A stretch of 64,000 nt of DNA from Acidimicrobiales bacterium (GCA_050744325.1 JBOGHK010000015.1:11998-75997); one strand, 5' to 3'. Shown: positions 9,901 through 19,508, counted from the stretch's first letter. Notes: generated by a model from the sequence alone, not told the origin. Translations and numbers: made by a program.

Positions 9901-10455
9901 GTCGACGCCGTAGTAGTCGGGCTTGCCCTTCTCTTGACCGGTGAGCTGCCCATGGCTGATGGCGGTGCCCAGGTTGGCGTAGCCGTCGGGATCGCGGGCC
10001 AGCACCAGCAGGTGGGTGCCTTCGGGGTCGGCCATCCCGTTCTGCGGCTTGCTCAACCTCAGGGACAGCTCGGCCCCGAAGACCGTCTTCAGCTTCACCG
10101 CCCGAGCAGCTTCGGCGAACCGCACCACCCCGTAGAGCCCGTCGTGGTCGGTGATGGCCAGGGCTTCGAGGCCGGCCCGGACAGCCTCCTCGGCCAGCTC
10201 CTCGGGTTGGCTGGCGCCGTCGAGGAAGCTGAAGCAGGAGTGGCAGTGCAGCTCGGCGTACGGTGTGGTGTTAGCTCGCCGGGCGATCTCGGTGGGCGGT
10301 TCGTAGGCAGGCCGTCGCGGCGACCACGCGGGGCTGTCGCCACCGTTCGCCCCCTCAGGCAAGGGTTGGGCTGGTCGACCCCCACGAGCGCGCGGCCGGT
10401 CGGACAGCACGCCCTCCATCACCCACCACGGCACATCCGGGTTGTTCCATCCCAC
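7000..10455 (-). CDS. dnaE2: Error-prone DNA polymerase DnaE2 (ImuC), the SOS mutasome catalytic subunit
   Basis: 1150-aa PolIIIalpha-like protein with PHP domain (YAELHCHSCFSFLDGAS), polymerase core and OB fold, and N-terminus VGWNNPDVPW typical of DnaE2. Start is either GTG 10455/10458 (leaderless, 6 nt after TATACT) or ATG 10476. Confidence 0.9.
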   Translation of the reverse strand: MGWNNPDVPWWVMEGVLSDRPRARGGRPAQPLPEGANGGDSPAWSPRRPAYEPPTEIARRANTTPYAELHCHSCFSFLDGASQPEELAEEAVRAGLEALAITDHDGLYGVVRFAEAARAVKLKTVFGAELSLRLSKPQNGMADPEGTHLLVLARDPDGYANLGTAISHGQLTGQEKGKPDYYGVDWSAVHGGHWLVLTGCRKGAVPQALLREGPAAAGRELAQLVEWFGRDNVAVELWDHGDPLDVARNDALALLGAQARVEVVATNNVHYAVPRQHRLASALAAVRARRSLDDMVGWLPPAASAHIRSGDEQARRFARWPGAVERAAELGLACAFDLSLVAPKLPPFPCPEGLDEMAYLRQLAHEGADFRYGRRGHETVPGAWAQIDHELDVIESLGFAGYFLVVWDIVKFCSEKDIYCQGRGSAANSAVCYVLGITKADAVKMGLLFERFLSADRQQQPPDIDVDIESGRREEVIQHVYHKHGRWHAAQVANVITYRSRSAVRDAAKAFGYSQGQQDAWSRQVDPWSSADKLAERSDHELPAPVVELARDLQHLPRHLGIHSGGMVICDRPIVQVCPVEWGRMEGRTVLQWDKDDCAEVGLVKFDLLGLGMLSALHHCVDMVRQAHGVEVDLATMDHTDAEVYEMLGRADSVGVFQVESRAQMATLPRLRPKDFYDLVVEVALIRPGPIQGGSVHPYLRRRKGDEEITYLHPKLEEPLRKTLGVPLFQEQLMQIAIEVAGFTPLEADQLRQAMASKRSRERMEALRQRLFDGMKANKVTEDVAELIWDKLVAFAAFGFPESHAMSFAYLVFASSWLKRYFPAAFCAALLKAQPMGFYSPHTLVQDARRHGVEVRTPDLNASGATATLESPSSRNFGRNSRNPAVSAKISEVPAPPAPKGVPPEEWGRGGPVVRMGLGSVREVSDTLAERLVAERERGGLYHDPQDLVRRVPGMTLRQLEALATAGAMGCFVMPDGQRMSRREALWIAGAVAGTGSDQLDGIVVGAEAPALPGMGPAEEARADLWATGVSPDGHPTRFVREALDAKGVVPSERLGEVAAGARVVVGGVVTHRQRPATAGGTMFVNLEDEGGLINVVVSKRCWADNRRVLQGAPALVVRGRLERADGVTNVIAQQVEPLPVKAPTRSRDFR

Positions 10456-10467
10456 CACGACAGTATA

Positions 10468-10481
10468 CGAACACATGTACG
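10468..10481 (-). promoter_or_regulatory. Putative LexA (SOS/Cheo-type) box CGAACacatGTaCG overlapping the dnaE2 translation start and -10 region
   Basis: CGAAC-N4-GTaCG has one core mismatch to CGAAC-N4-GTTCG. On the minus strand it is followed by TATACT and then GTC GTG GTG. Confidence 0.5.
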
Positions 10482-10567
10482 GGGTTCCTTGACGCCGTCA
10501 TCCGGACGGTGACGTTGCTTCGAACCTCTTGTCGGTTCGCTGAGATCCGACGGGAAGGAAGGGCAAC

Positions 10568-12397
10568 ATGTCATCACGAGCTCACTTCGGAGTGCGTCGC
10601 TGGGGCATGGTGGCGCTGTCGGTGGTGCTCCTCGGCGGCGCGCTGACGCTGGTGGGCTCGGGTCCCGTGCCCGCCGCAGCGTCAACAGCCGACGATGCGG
10701 CATCTTCGTCACCCGTGTCGTGGGGGTTGCTCGGCTCCGATCGCGACCGTGACCGGGACCGGGACCGGGACCGGGATGATGACAACGCCCGGGGTCACGG
10801 GTTCGTGCGTGACGACCGTGGCTACCGGACGGTGGACGCGCGGGGCGCGTCGTACACCGGGGCCCTGGGGCGCAACGACCGGGGCCACGTGGTCGGCGGA
10901 TACGTCGGCGACCGGGACCGGTTCCACGGCTTCGTCCAGCGGGGTCGCCGCTTCGAGACCCTCGACGTTCCCGGGGCACGCGGGACGATCGCGTCGAAGA
11001 TCAACGACGACGGCGAGATCGTCGGGTTCTACACCGACCGGCGCAGTACGCCGGCGGCCCAGATGGAGCACGGCTTCCTGTACGACGGGGACCGGTTCCG
11101 GCGCATCGACGTGCGCGGTGCCACCGAGACCCGGCCGTTCGGGATCAACGACCAGGGCCAGGTCACCGGCGAGTATCTCGATCGGGCCGGGGTCTCGCAC
11201 GGCTTCGTGCGCGATCCCGACGGCGAGGTGACCAGCTTCGACGTGCCGGGCGCCGAGGCGACGCTGCCCAGCGACATCGACGACCAGGGCCGGATCGTGG
11301 GCGCCTACTACGACGGCGAGGCCCAGGTGGTGCACGGCTTCCTGCGGGAGACCGACGGCGCGGTCACCACCATCGACGCCCCGGGGGCCACGTTCCTCAC
11401 CCAAGCCATGGGCATCAACGACCAGGGCCGGGTCGTGGGCTATTCGTTGGACGACGGCGCAGGCGGCGTCGCCAGCGCGTTCGTCCGGCAGGCCGACGGC
11501 TCGTTCGCGACCGTCGACGTTCCCGGCAACCGGGGCAACGTCCTGGTCAACGACATCGACAACCGGGGCCGCCTGGTCGGCCAGTACGGGGTGCTGTTCT
11601 CCGGGTACGTGCAGGACCGGCATGGTCGCATCGAGACCTTCGACGCTCCGGGTGTGGTGACCGAGACCAGGGTGGACGGCATCAACGACGACGGCGACGT
11701 CGTCGGCACCTACGACCGGGAGACCGCTGGCGACCGGCAGGGGTTCCTACGCACCCACCGGGGCAGCTACGAGACCATCGAAGTCCCGAGGGCCGCGGTC
11801 ACTGCCGCCACCGGGATCAACGACGACGACCAGATCGTCGGCGCGTTCAGCGAAACCCCCGACGGCCTCATCACGGGTCTGGGGGCCCAGGGCTATGTCC
11901 TCGACGACGGCCGGTTCACCACCTTTGCGGTCGCGGGGGCCCGGGGGACCCTCCCTTACGGCGTCAACAACCGGGGCCAGATCGTCGGCGCCTTCGCCGA
12001 CGCCGACGGTGCCGTCCACGGGTTCCTGCGCGACCGGCGCGGCCGGGTCACCACCGTCGACGTCGAGGGGGCCGTGGTGACCCTCGCCCTGGACAACAAC
12101 GACCGGGGCCAGGCCGTCGGCGCCTACGTCGACGCCGCCGGGCGGGTGCGCGGCTTCCTGCGCAGCCCGAGCGGCGACGTGACCACCATCGACGTGCCCG
12201 GCATGGCACAGACCCGGGTGCAGGGCATCAACAACGAGGGCCAGATCGTCATCGACGGCGTCGACAACCAGCTGCGCCATCACAGCTGGCTGCTCGACGA
12301 CGGCCGCTTCACCGAGATCAGACCCCGCGGCGTGCCCACCGGGTCGCTCGCGACCGACATCAACGACCACGGTCGCATCGTCGGCTGGACCCTCTGA
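10568..12397 (+). CDS. Secreted repeat protein: N-terminal signal peptide, (DR)n low-complexity tract, then about 12 tandem HAF-like extracellular repeats of about 45 aa
   Basis: Repeat consensus HGFLRDxxGxVTTIDVPGAxxTxAxGINDxGQIVGxYxD recurs about 12 times and resembles the HAF-family extracellular repeat (TIGR02913). Signal peptide MVALSVVLLGGALTLVGSGPVPAAAS. RBS-less high-GC start. Confidence 0.7.
   Translation: MSSRAHFGVRRWGMVALSVVLLGGALTLVGSGPVPAAASTADDAASSSPVSWGLLGSDRDRDRDRDRDRDDDNARGHGFVRDDRGYRTVDARGASYTGALGRNDRGHVVGGYVGDRDRFHGFVQRGRRFETLDVPGARGTIASKINDDGEIVGFYTDRRSTPAAQMEHGFLYDGDRFRRIDVRGATETRPFGINDQGQVTGEYLDRAGVSHGFVRDPDGEVTSFDVPGAEATLPSDIDDQGRIVGAYYDGEAQVVHGFLRETDGAVTTIDAPGATFLTQAMGINDQGRVVGYSLDDGAGGVASAFVRQADGSFATVDVPGNRGNVLVNDIDNRGRLVGQYGVLFSGYVQDRHGRIETFDAPGVVTETRVDGINDDGDVVGTYDRETAGDRQGFLRTHRGSYETIEVPRAAVTAATGINDDDQIVGAFSETPDGLITGLGAQGYVLDDGRFTTFAVAGARGTLPYGVNNRGQIVGAFADADGAVHGFLRDRRGRVTTVDVEGAVVTLALDNNDRGQAVGAYVDAAGRVRGFLRSPSGDVTTIDVPGMAQTRVQGINNEGQIVIDGVDNQLRHHSWLLDDGRFTEIRPRGVPTGSLATDINDHGRIVGWTL
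10745..10774 (+). repeat. Hexanucleotide microsatellite (GACCGN)5 encoding the DRDRDRDRDR tract
   Basis: gaccgt gaccgg gaccgg gaccgg gaccgg read directly. In-frame, so copy-number change would be phase-neutral. Confidence 0.8.
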
Positions 12398-12552
12398 CCG
12401 GGAAGCAAGGCCACATGGCACAGCCATGTCACGCCCCACTGCGCGAAGGTGCTACCTCCTAGCGAGAACGCACCGCGACGTGATCGCTCCGTCACGGGCG
12501 GTCTGCGGTCACTAGGGTCAGGCGCACGGACGACAGCACAAGGGGAGAACCC

Positions 12553-13692
12553 ATGACCCGACCCTCCTACCTCCGTAGATTTGCCTACCTCGCCGCGGCC
12601 CTCGCCCTGTTCGGCGCCGCGGCATGCAGCGACGACGACGACGATGACGCCAGCGGCGACGAGGCCGCCCAGACCGACGAGACCAGTGGCGACGGCGACG
12701 GAGGCGGCGACGGCGTGCTCGCCGAAGTCCTCGACCGCGGCACGCTCAACTGCGGTGTGAACAGTGAAGTGCCCGGCTTCGGCGTCGAGACCGAGGGTGG
12801 CGAGTTCGCCGGCTTCGACATCGACTACTGCAAGGCGCTCGCTGCGGCGGTGCTCGGCGACCCCGAGGCCGTCGAGTACGTGCCGCTCACGCCCGAGCAG
12901 CGGTTCCCGTCGCTGACCTCGGGTGAGGTCGACGTGCTGATCCGCAACACCACCTGGACCTCGACCCGCGACGGCAACGACGGCGCCTCGTTCACCACCA
13001 CCACGTTCTACGACGGCCAGTCGATGATGGTGCCGAGCGACTCGGGGATCACCAGCATCGACGATCTCGCGGGCGCCACGATCTGCCTGACCGCCGGCAC
13101 GACCACCGAGCAGAACCTGGCCGACCGCATGGCGGGCATCGACCACACGCCGCAGACCTTCGAGGAGAACCCCCAGGTGCAGGACGCGTTCCTGGCCGGG
13201 CAGTGCGACGCCTGGACCTCGGACCAGTCCCAGCTGGCCGGCATCCGTTCGGCCTGGCCTGAGGACTCGGGCGGTCCCGAGGCGTTGACCATCCTCGACG
13301 AGATCTTCTCCAAGGAGCCTCTCGGCCCCGCGGTGACCGACGGCGACAGCCAGTGGTACGACGTCGTCAACTGGGTCGTGCTCGCCACCATCGAGGCCGA
13401 GGAGCTGGGCGTCACGCAGGCCAACGTCACCGACATGCTCGAGGACGACGACCCGGCGGTCCGCCGTTTCCTGGGCCAACCGATCGACGTCGAAGGCGAG
13501 GAGGCAGTGGTCGACCACGGCTTCGGCATCGAGCCCGACTTCACCGTGGCGGTGATCGAGGCCGTCGGCAACTACGGCGAGATCTACGACCGCAACGTCG
13601 GCCCCGACTCGCCGCTCCAGCTGAACCGCGAGGGCACGGCCAACGCCCTGTGGACCGACGGCGGGCTGCACTACGCCCCGCCCTTCCGCTAG
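12553..13692 (+). CDS. Amino-acid ABC transporter substrate-binding lipoprotein (AapJ/BztA-like, general L-amino acid type)
   Basis: Lipobox LFGAAAC, acidic linker, then family-3 SBP fold (LNCGVNSEVPGFG...DIDYCKALAAAVLGDPEAVEYVPL). Good RBS aaggggag upstream. First gene of a four-gene operon. Confidence 0.8.
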   Translation: MTRPSYLRRFAYLAAALALFGAAACSDDDDDDASGDEAAQTDETSGDGDGGGDGVLAEVLDRGTLNCGVNSEVPGFGVETEGGEFAGFDIDYCKALAAAVLGDPEAVEYVPLTPEQRFPSLTSGEVDVLIRNTTWTSTRDGNDGASFTTTTFYDGQSMMVPSDSGITSIDDLAGATICLTAGTTTEQNLADRMAGIDHTPQTFEENPQVQDAFLAGQCDAWTSDQSQLAGIRSAWPEDSGGPEALTILDEIFSKEPLGPAVTDGDSQWYDVVNWVVLATIEAEELGVTQANVTDMLEDDDPAVRRFLGQPIDVEGEEAVVDHGFGIEPDFTVAVIEAVGNYGEIYDRNVGPDSPLQLNREGTANALWTDGGLHYAPPFR

Positions 13693-13728
13693 GTCGGTGA
13701 CCGAGCGGGCCTGACCGGGGCTGATCCC

Positions 13729-14943
13729 GTGGACGACGTGACCCGGGGAGCGGAGCAGTCCGCTCCCCGGGGCCGGACGCCAGGGCGGCGACGAGGAGTC
13801 GCCGCCCTGGTCTTCGACCTCCGGGCCTTGCGCTTCGCCGGCCAGGTCGTGGCGATCACGCTGCTCTTGGCGATCGCGGTGTACCTCAGGGACAACTACC
13901 AGGCGAACGTCGAGGACAGGAACGTCCGGTCGGGCTGGGACTTCCTCGACGAGCCGACGGGGTTCGGCATCCCCAACTCCGACTTCCGCCCGGGCCAGCC
14001 GGTGCGCGACGCCCTGTGGTTGGGGGTACGCAACACCGCGACCTCCGCCGTGGCCGGCATCGCGCTCGCCACCGTCCTCGGGGTCCTGATCGGCGTGCTG
14101 CGGCTCTCGGCCAGCTGGGTGGCCCGCAAGGCGGCGACCCTCTACGTCGAGGTCCTCCGCAATGTGCCGGTGCTGCTGATCATCCTGTTCACCAGCGCCT
14201 GGCTCGCCACCCTGCCCCGCATCACCGACGCTCGCACGCTGGGCAGCCTGGCGGTGATCTCCAACCGCGAGGTCGCCTTCCCCTCCCCGGTGGCCGGCGA
14301 CTCCATGACCGCTTACGCGGTCGCGCTGGCGGTTGCGCTGGTCGCCGCCGGGGCGGTGTGGGTGTGGCGCACCCGGGTCTCCGACGCCACCGGCCAGCCA
14401 CACCACCGGGTGCTGTGGGCCGGTGGCCTCGTGGCAGCGGTCGCGGTGGTCGCGTACCTGGTACTCGACGGGCCGGTCACCCTGTCACGGCCCGAGGTGG
14501 CTGGCTCGTCGGTGGCCGGAGGGATCTCGCTGAACATCCCCTTCCTGGCGCTGACCCTCGCGCTCGCCATGTACCACGCCAGCCACATCGCCGAGATCGT
14601 GCGGGGCAGCATCCAGGCAGTGCCCTACGGGCAGACCGAGGCCGCGACCGCGATCGGGCTGAGCAGCTTCGCCCGGCTGCGCTACGTGGTCCTCCCCCAG
14701 GCCTTCCGCATCGCCGTACCGCCGACCATCAACCAGTACCTGAGCCTGACCAAGAACACGTCGCTCGGCATCGCCGTCGCCTATTCCGACGTCTCGGCCC
14801 TCAGCTTCCAGCTGATCGGGGGATCTCGGGCCCCGGCTCTCGGGCTCATCCTCGTCCTGATGGCCATCTACCTGGCGTTCTCGCTGACGACGTCGCTGGC
14901 GATGAACATCGTCAACCGCCGCCTGCAGTTGGTGGAACGATGA
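13729..14943 (+). CDS. Amino-acid ABC transporter permease (AapQ/BztB-like)
   Basis: Multi-TM protein with the EAA-like loop region [29 protein letters not shown]. Confidence 0.8.
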   Translation: MDDVTRGAEQSAPRGRTPGRRRGVAALVFDLRALRFAGQVVAITLLLAIAVYLRDNYQANVEDRNVRSGWDFLDEPTGFGIPNSDFRPGQPVRDALWLGVRNTATSAVAGIALATVLGVLIGVLRLSASWVARKAATLYVEVLRNVPVLLIILFTSAWLATLPRITDARTLGSLAVISNREVAFPSPVAGDSMTAYAVALAVALVAAGAVWVWRTRVSDATGQPHHRVLWAGGLVAAVAVVAYLVLDGPVTLSRPEVAGSSVAGGISLNIPFLALTLALAMYHASHIAEIVRGSIQAVPYGQTEAATAIGLSSFARLRYVVLPQAFRIAVPPTINQYLSLTKNTSLGIAVAYSDVSALSFQLIGGSRAPALGLILVLMAIYLAFSLTTSLAMNIVNRRLQLVER

Positions 14944-16259
14944 CCGACCCGACTCTCACCCCGGTGGTCGACGAGGACCAGGCCCCCCACGTTCCCACCA
15001 CGGTCGAGCCTCTGCCGCTCTCGAGCCCCGAGCCGGCAGGGCCGCCCGAGTCCCGGCTCACACCCCGCCAGTGGGTGCGAAAGAACCTGTTCGCCACCCC
15101 GTTCGGCTCGGTGCTGACCGTTGCCTTCGGGCTGGTGCTGGCCTACGCGGCCTACCGCCTGGCCTGGTTCGCGTTCGTGTCGTCGGATTGGGAGGTCGTC
15201 CGGCGCAACCTGCGACGGTTCATGATCGGCGGCCAGTACCCCGACGACCAGATCTGGCGAGTCTGGGTCGCGCTCTACATGGTCGGCGGGCTGGTCGGGT
15301 TGTTCAGCGGCGCCAGGGTCGCCAACGCCAGGCGGCAGGCCGAGGCCGCCGGTCGCGAAGTGGCCCGGCCGGGCCGATGGGACTGGATCCGCCGGTACTG
15401 GCCCGCCCTGGCAGCGATCGCCCTGGTCCTGTCACAGACGCGCACCTGGACTCCGACCCTGCTCACGGTCCTCGGCGGGGTGGTGCTGGCCCTCGCTCGC
15501 GTGCTCGGCCAGCGTGCCCCCCAATTGGCCCGGTTCACCTGGCTCGCCGCGCTCGTCGGCGTGCTGGCCGTCGTCTACCTCCTGACCGGTCCCGGCGGCG
15601 TCAGCTGGACCGACTGGGGCGGACTGCATATGACCGCGTTCGTGACCGTGGTCGGGATCGCACTGTCGTTCCCACTGGGCGTCCTCGTGGCGCTGGCGCG
15701 GCGGTCGTCGCTGCCGGCCCTGCGCGTGGTGGCAGTCGGCTACATCGAGCTGATCCGGGGCGTCCCGCTGGTGACGCTGCTGTTCCTCGGCCAGTACGTG
15801 ATCCCGCTGTTCTTCCCGAACACCACCGAGCCGCCCTCGAGCCTGACCCGAGCCCTGATCGCCATCACCCTGTTCGAGGCCGCCTATGTCGCCGAGGTCG
15901 TGCGCGGTGGGCTGCAGGCCGTGCCGCGTGGTCAGCGCGAGGCGGCCGAGGCGGTGGGCTTGTCGCGCTGGAAGGTGACCCGGCTGATCGTGCTGCCCCA
16001 GGCGATGCGCGCCGTCATCCCGGCGATGGTGGGCCAGTTCATCAGCCTCTTCAAGGACACCTCGCTGCTGCAGATCATCGCCATCGTCGAGTTCCTCGAC
16101 GTCGCGAAGTCCTCGGTCCAGCAAGACGAGTTCCTCGCCCAGGGCCTGCACACGGTCACCTTCGCCTTCGCCGCCCTCTCCTACTGGGCGGTGTCGTACA
16201 CCATGTCGCGCGAGAGCCGACGCCTGGAACACCGACTCGGAGTGGGAGAACGCCGATGA
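14940..16259 (+). CDS. Amino-acid ABC transporter permease (AapM/BztC-like)
   Basis: ATG 14940 overlaps the upstream stop (ATGA). EAA motif region [31 protein letters not shown]. Confidence 0.8.
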   Translation: MTDPTLTPVVDEDQAPHVPTTVEPLPLSSPEPAGPPESRLTPRQWVRKNLFATPFGSVLTVAFGLVLAYAAYRLAWFAFVSSDWEVVRRNLRRFMIGGQYPDDQIWRVWVALYMVGGLVGLFSGARVANARRQAEAAGREVARPGRWDWIRRYWPALAAIALVLSQTRTWTPTLLTVLGGVVLALARVLGQRAPQLARFTWLAALVGVLAVVYLLTGPGGVSWTDWGGLHMTAFVTVVGIALSFPLGVLVALARRSSLPALRVVAVGYIELIRGVPLVTLLFLGQYVIPLFFPNTTEPPSSLTRALIAITLFEAAYVAEVVRGGLQAVPRGQREAAEAVGLSRWKVTRLIVLPQAMRAVIPAMVGQFISLFKDTSLLQIIAIVEFLDVAKSSVQQDEFLAQGLHTVTFAFAALSYWAVSYTMSRESRRLEHRLGVGERR

Positions 16260-17119
16260 GCGACGACACCGACGTCCCCGAACCGCAGGACGCGGCCGCG
16301 CCCGACATGACCGAGACACCATCGGAGCCCGACGCGGCGGAGCTCGACGTCTCGCTGGTCGAGGCCGCAACCATCGCCGGCGGCACCGGCGAGCCGATCA
16401 TCGAGTGCTTCGAGGTCGAGAAGTGGTTCGGCCGGTTCCAGGCGCTGCGCGACATCGACCTGACCGTCGGCCGCCAGGAAGTCGTCGTGGTGATCGGCCC
16501 GTCGGGCTCGGGCAAGTCGACGCTGATCCGCTGCGTCAACCGCCTCGAGGAGCACGACCGCGGGCGCATCGTGGTGGATGGCATCGAGCTGGGCCACGAC
16601 GTCCGCCGCATCGCCGAGGTGCGGCGCGAGGTGGGCATGGTGTTCCAGTCGTTCAACCTGTTCCCCCATCTCACCGTGCTCGACAACATCACCCTCGGCC
16701 CCCGGCGGGTGCGGCGCTGGCCCCAGCAGAAGGCCGAGCAGGTGGCCCGCGAGATGCTCGAGACCGTCCACATCCCCGAGCAGGCCAACAAGTATCCAGG
16801 CCAGCTCTCGGGTGGCCAGCAGCAGCGGGTCGCGATCGCCCGGGCGCTGGCGATGCAACCCAAGATCATGCTGTTCGACGAGCCGACCTCGGCCCTCGAC
16901 CCCGAGATGATCGTCGAGGTCCTCGACGTGATGAAAGAGCTGGCCCGCACCGGCATGACCATGATCGTCGTGACCCACGAGATGGGCTTCGCCCGCGAGG
17001 TCGCCGACCGGGTGGTGTTCATGGCCGACGGTGGCGTGGTCGAGGCCGGCACCCCCGAGCACTTCTTCCAGAACCCCACCGAGGAGCGCACGAAGCTGTT
17101 CCTCAGCCAGATCCTGTAG
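16256..17119 (+). CDS. Amino-acid ABC transporter ATP-binding protein (AapP/GlnQ-like)
   Basis: Walker [10 protein letters not shown], signature [15 protein letters not shown], Walker [16 protein letters not shown] overlaps the upstream stop. Confidence 0.9.
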   Translation: MSDDTDVPEPQDAAAPDMTETPSEPDAAELDVSLVEAATIAGGTGEPIIECFEVEKWFGRFQALRDIDLTVGRQEVVVVIGPSGSGKSTLIRCVNRLEEHDRGRIVVDGIELGHDVRRIAEVRREVGMVFQSFNLFPHLTVLDNITLGPRRVRRWPQQKAEQVAREMLETVHIPEQANKYPGQLSGGQQQRVAIARALAMQPKIMLFDEPTSALDPEMIVEVLDVMKELARTGMTMIVVTHEMGFAREVADRVVFMADGGVVEAGTPEHFFQNPTEERTKLFLSQIL

Positions 17120-17156
17120 GCGTTCTGCCCGCCCGACCCCCGCTCGGTGTCGCTGG

Positions 17157-17750
17157 CTACCCGGAGTTCGGGATGCCCTCGGGTGGTTCGTCCAACGCGG
17201 CGCGGCCCACGTGCTCGACGGCGGTGCGCTCGCCCCGGTAGTAGTCGAGGCCCCAGTCGGCGACCCGCGCGGCGTTGCGCCACATCGGATCGTCGCCGAG
17301 CTCGTCGCGGACCTCGGCCAGGTCGGCCAGCATCTGGTCGCACCAGTCGCGGTGCACCTGGATCGCCTTGCGCAGGTCGTCGGGGTCGAGCAGGTGCCCG
17401 AGGAACAGCCGCAACGCGACGGGGTGCTTGAGACCCGGCGGTTCCGGGACCTCGGCCAGCCACCCACGAACGACCTGTTCGCCGGCGGGCGTCAGCCGGT
17501 GGACCTTGGTCTCGCGGGTGCCGTCGCGCACGACCGCCCGCTGGCTGACGTGGCCGTTGGCCGCCAGGCGCTCCAGCTCGCGATACACCTGGCTCATGGC
17601 CGGCGCCGACCAGAAGAACCGCAGGCTGCTGTCGGCCCACTGCTTCAGCTCGTAGCCCGACAGCTCCTGGCCGAACGACAGCAACCCCAGCAGCGCATAC
17701 CCGGTCGGCGTCGGCGCCGAAGGCTGTCGAGGCTGCCGGGCACCAGGCAT
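17157..17750 (-). CDS. PadR-family transcriptional regulator
   Basis: N-terminal winged helix YALLGLLSFGQELSGYELKQW...VYRELERLAANGHV. Start placed at M9 and is uncertain. Confidence 0.7.
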   Translation of the reverse strand: MPGARQPRQPSAPTPTGYALLGLLSFGQELSGYELKQWADSSLRFFWSAPAMSQVYRELERLAANGHVSQRAVVRDGTRETKVHRLTPAGEQVVRGWLAEVPEPPGLKHPVALRLFLGHLLDPDDLRKAIQVHRDWCDQMLADLAEVRDELGDDPMWRNAARVADWGLDYYRGERTAVEHVGRAALDEPPEGIPNSG

Positions 17751-17799
17751 GACGCATTGTACGTTCACCCCCACCGGACCTCCGGCGTGTCGCTCACGG

Positions 17800-19476
17800 T
17801 CAGTCGTAGGTGGCTTCGACAGCCCACTGGTTGCCTTCGAGCACCAGTAGGTAGGGGGTGCCGCCGACGGTCACCTGCATCCGCGCTCGGCGACGGTGGA
17901 GGGCCGAGTCCCACCAGCGCTCGTCACACGGCCATGGCCCCGCCCAGGCCGTGACGGGCTGCCCTTCCATCCAGGCGGGGGGTGCCTGCAGATCGCCTCG
18001 ACCGGTCACCTCGACCGGACGCCGGGTTGCGTCGAGGACGTCGACCCGCACCGGCTCGGGATGCACGACCGCCGGCGAAGGCTCGGGGGTGGACCCCGGC
18101 CACGGCTCGGACACCCAACCTGATCGCGTGGCCGGCCGGGGCTCGCTCAGGTCGCTGGCCCCGACCGTCGTCAGCGACATCCGCTCGCCGGGGCCACGGC
18201 CTCCACGCCACTCGGGCACCAGCACGCCTTCCACTCCGACCAGGCCCTGCACCCGGGCCGACGACCGCCCAGCACGGTCCGCCGCCTCGACCTCGTCGAT
18301 CAGGCCGGTCGAGAAGCTGAGCTGACGTCCCCCCGCGGCGACCACCTCGTCAGGCACGAACCACAACCGGCTGATCCCGCCGGTCGGCCGGTGCGCGCCG
18401 GATTGCAGCCAGCCTTCGAGCTGCCACCGCAGCCGGTCGGCGACCGCTGTGGGGGTGAAGGCTCCCTCGGTGCGCCACAGGCGTTCGTGCTGTTCACCGT
18501 GCTCGGTCATGGCACCGACCAGCAACCGGGTGCACGCGCTGCCGCGCTCGGCAAGGCGCCGATGCAGGTCGTCGGCCAGTCCCCGGGCCACGAAGGCCGC
18601 CGCTTCGACCCGTTCGACCGGGGGGTCGAGCTCGGCATCCACCCGCAGGTCAGGAGGAGGGGGCGGGGTCGTCGGCGGGCGCTCGTCGAGCCCACGGGCC
18701 AGGCGATGCGCGGTCAGCCCCTCGGTACCGAACCGCCCCACCACCTTGGCTGTCGGCAGCGCGGCCAGATCGCCGAGGGTCCGCATCCCCAGGCGGCGCA
18801 ACACGTCGGTCAGCTCGGGGCGATCGAGGACCTCCAGCGGCAGCGGCGCCAGGAACGAAGCGCTCTCCCCCGGCGCCACGACCTGAATTGCGCTGCGCCC
18901 TCTCGTTCCGACATCGTCGTGGCCCGGCACTCGGCCCCGGTCGGCGCGTGGGCCAGCCGATTCGAGCGGTTTCGACGTCTCGCAAGCGGTCGCGCCGGGA
19001 CGAGGTTCGTCAGCGCTCCGGGCGGCCTGGGCTGCGGCGAAGAACCCGTCGGCCACCCCGACCCGCACCTGGGCCACAGGATCCATGGAGGTCAGGACCG
19101 CAGCGACCAGCGACGCGGCGAGGTGCCCCAGGGCGACGTCGCCGCCGTGGTAGCGGGACGGCCCCCGGGTGGGTAGGGCACAGCACCCGGGACGGACGAT
19201 CTCCAGCCGGGGGGTGAGGGTCTCGAGCCTCTGAGGCACGGGCTCGAAGGCGCGGGCCGCGCGGTCGAGGTCGTCGTCGACCACCACCAGGTCGGGGCAG
19301 CGGGCCTGCGCGTCGCGACGCCGCTGGTGGACAGCCACCCCTTCGGCACGCGCCGCCGGGCTGCAAGCGACGACCCGGTTGGCCCGCAGCACCGCCGCCG
19401 GTTTCGCGAGGGAGGCTCCTGCGGCCACGACCAACCAGTCGGGGCACCACACCACCAGCGTCCGGGTCGCGTTCAT
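17800..19476 (-). CDS. imuB: ImuB, the Y-family-polymerase-like (catalytically inactive) mutasome subunit
   Basis: N-terminus TLVVWCPDWLVVAA and UmuC-like palm and little-finger regions with an extended C-terminal tail. Lies immediately downstream of imuA'. Confidence 0.85.
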   Translation of the reverse strand: MNATRTLVVWCPDWLVVAAGASLAKPAAVLRANRVVACSPAARAEGVAVHQRRRDAQARCPDLVVVDDDLDRAARAFEPVPQRLETLTPRLEIVRPGCCALPTRGPSRYHGGDVALGHLAASLVAAVLTSMDPVAQVRVGVADGFFAAAQAARSADEPRPGATACETSKPLESAGPRADRGRVPGHDDVGTRGRSAIQVVAPGESASFLAPLPLEVLDRPELTDVLRRLGMRTLGDLAALPTAKVVGRFGTEGLTAHRLARGLDERPPTTPPPPPDLRVDAELDPPVERVEAAAFVARGLADDLHRRLAERGSACTRLLVGAMTEHGEQHERLWRTEGAFTPTAVADRLRWQLEGWLQSGAHRPTGGISRLWFVPDEVVAAGGRQLSFSTGLIDEVEAADRAGRSSARVQGLVGVEGVLVPEWRGGRGPGERMSLTTVGASDLSEPRPATRSGWVSEPWPGSTPEPSPAVVHPEPVRVDVLDATRRPVEVTGRGDLQAPPAWMEGQPVTAWAGPWPCDERWWDSALHRRRARMQVTVGGTPYLLVLEGNQWAVEATYD

Positions 19477-19508
19477 TGCGAGGCCACGAGGTCACGGAGC
19501 CCCGCGGG

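Noticed and set aside
7240-10512. 516-aa and 573-aa plus-strand ORFs, and 406-aa and 275-aa minus-strand alternative-frame ORFs
   Set aside because: All lie inside dnaE2 (7000..10455), whose translation is a full-length, motif-complete DnaE2. These are shadow frames.
10517-10541. TCGAAC-N9-GTTCG motif upstream of the HAF-repeat gene
   Set aside because: Spacer is 9 nt, not the 4 nt required for Gram-positive/actinobacterial LexA boxes. Probably coincidental half-sites.
12406-12422. Short palindrome ACATGGC-aca-GCCATGT after the HAF-repeat gene, as a possible terminator
   Set aside because: Only a 7-bp stem with no T-tract. Too weak to call.
12280-14406. 708-aa minus-strand ORF spanning the amino-acid ABC transporter genes
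   Set aside because: Antisense to three well-supported plus-strand genes (SBP and permeases with clear family motifs). The translation is Gly/Arg/Asp/Val-rich low-complexity typical of spurious ORFs in about 70% GC DNA.
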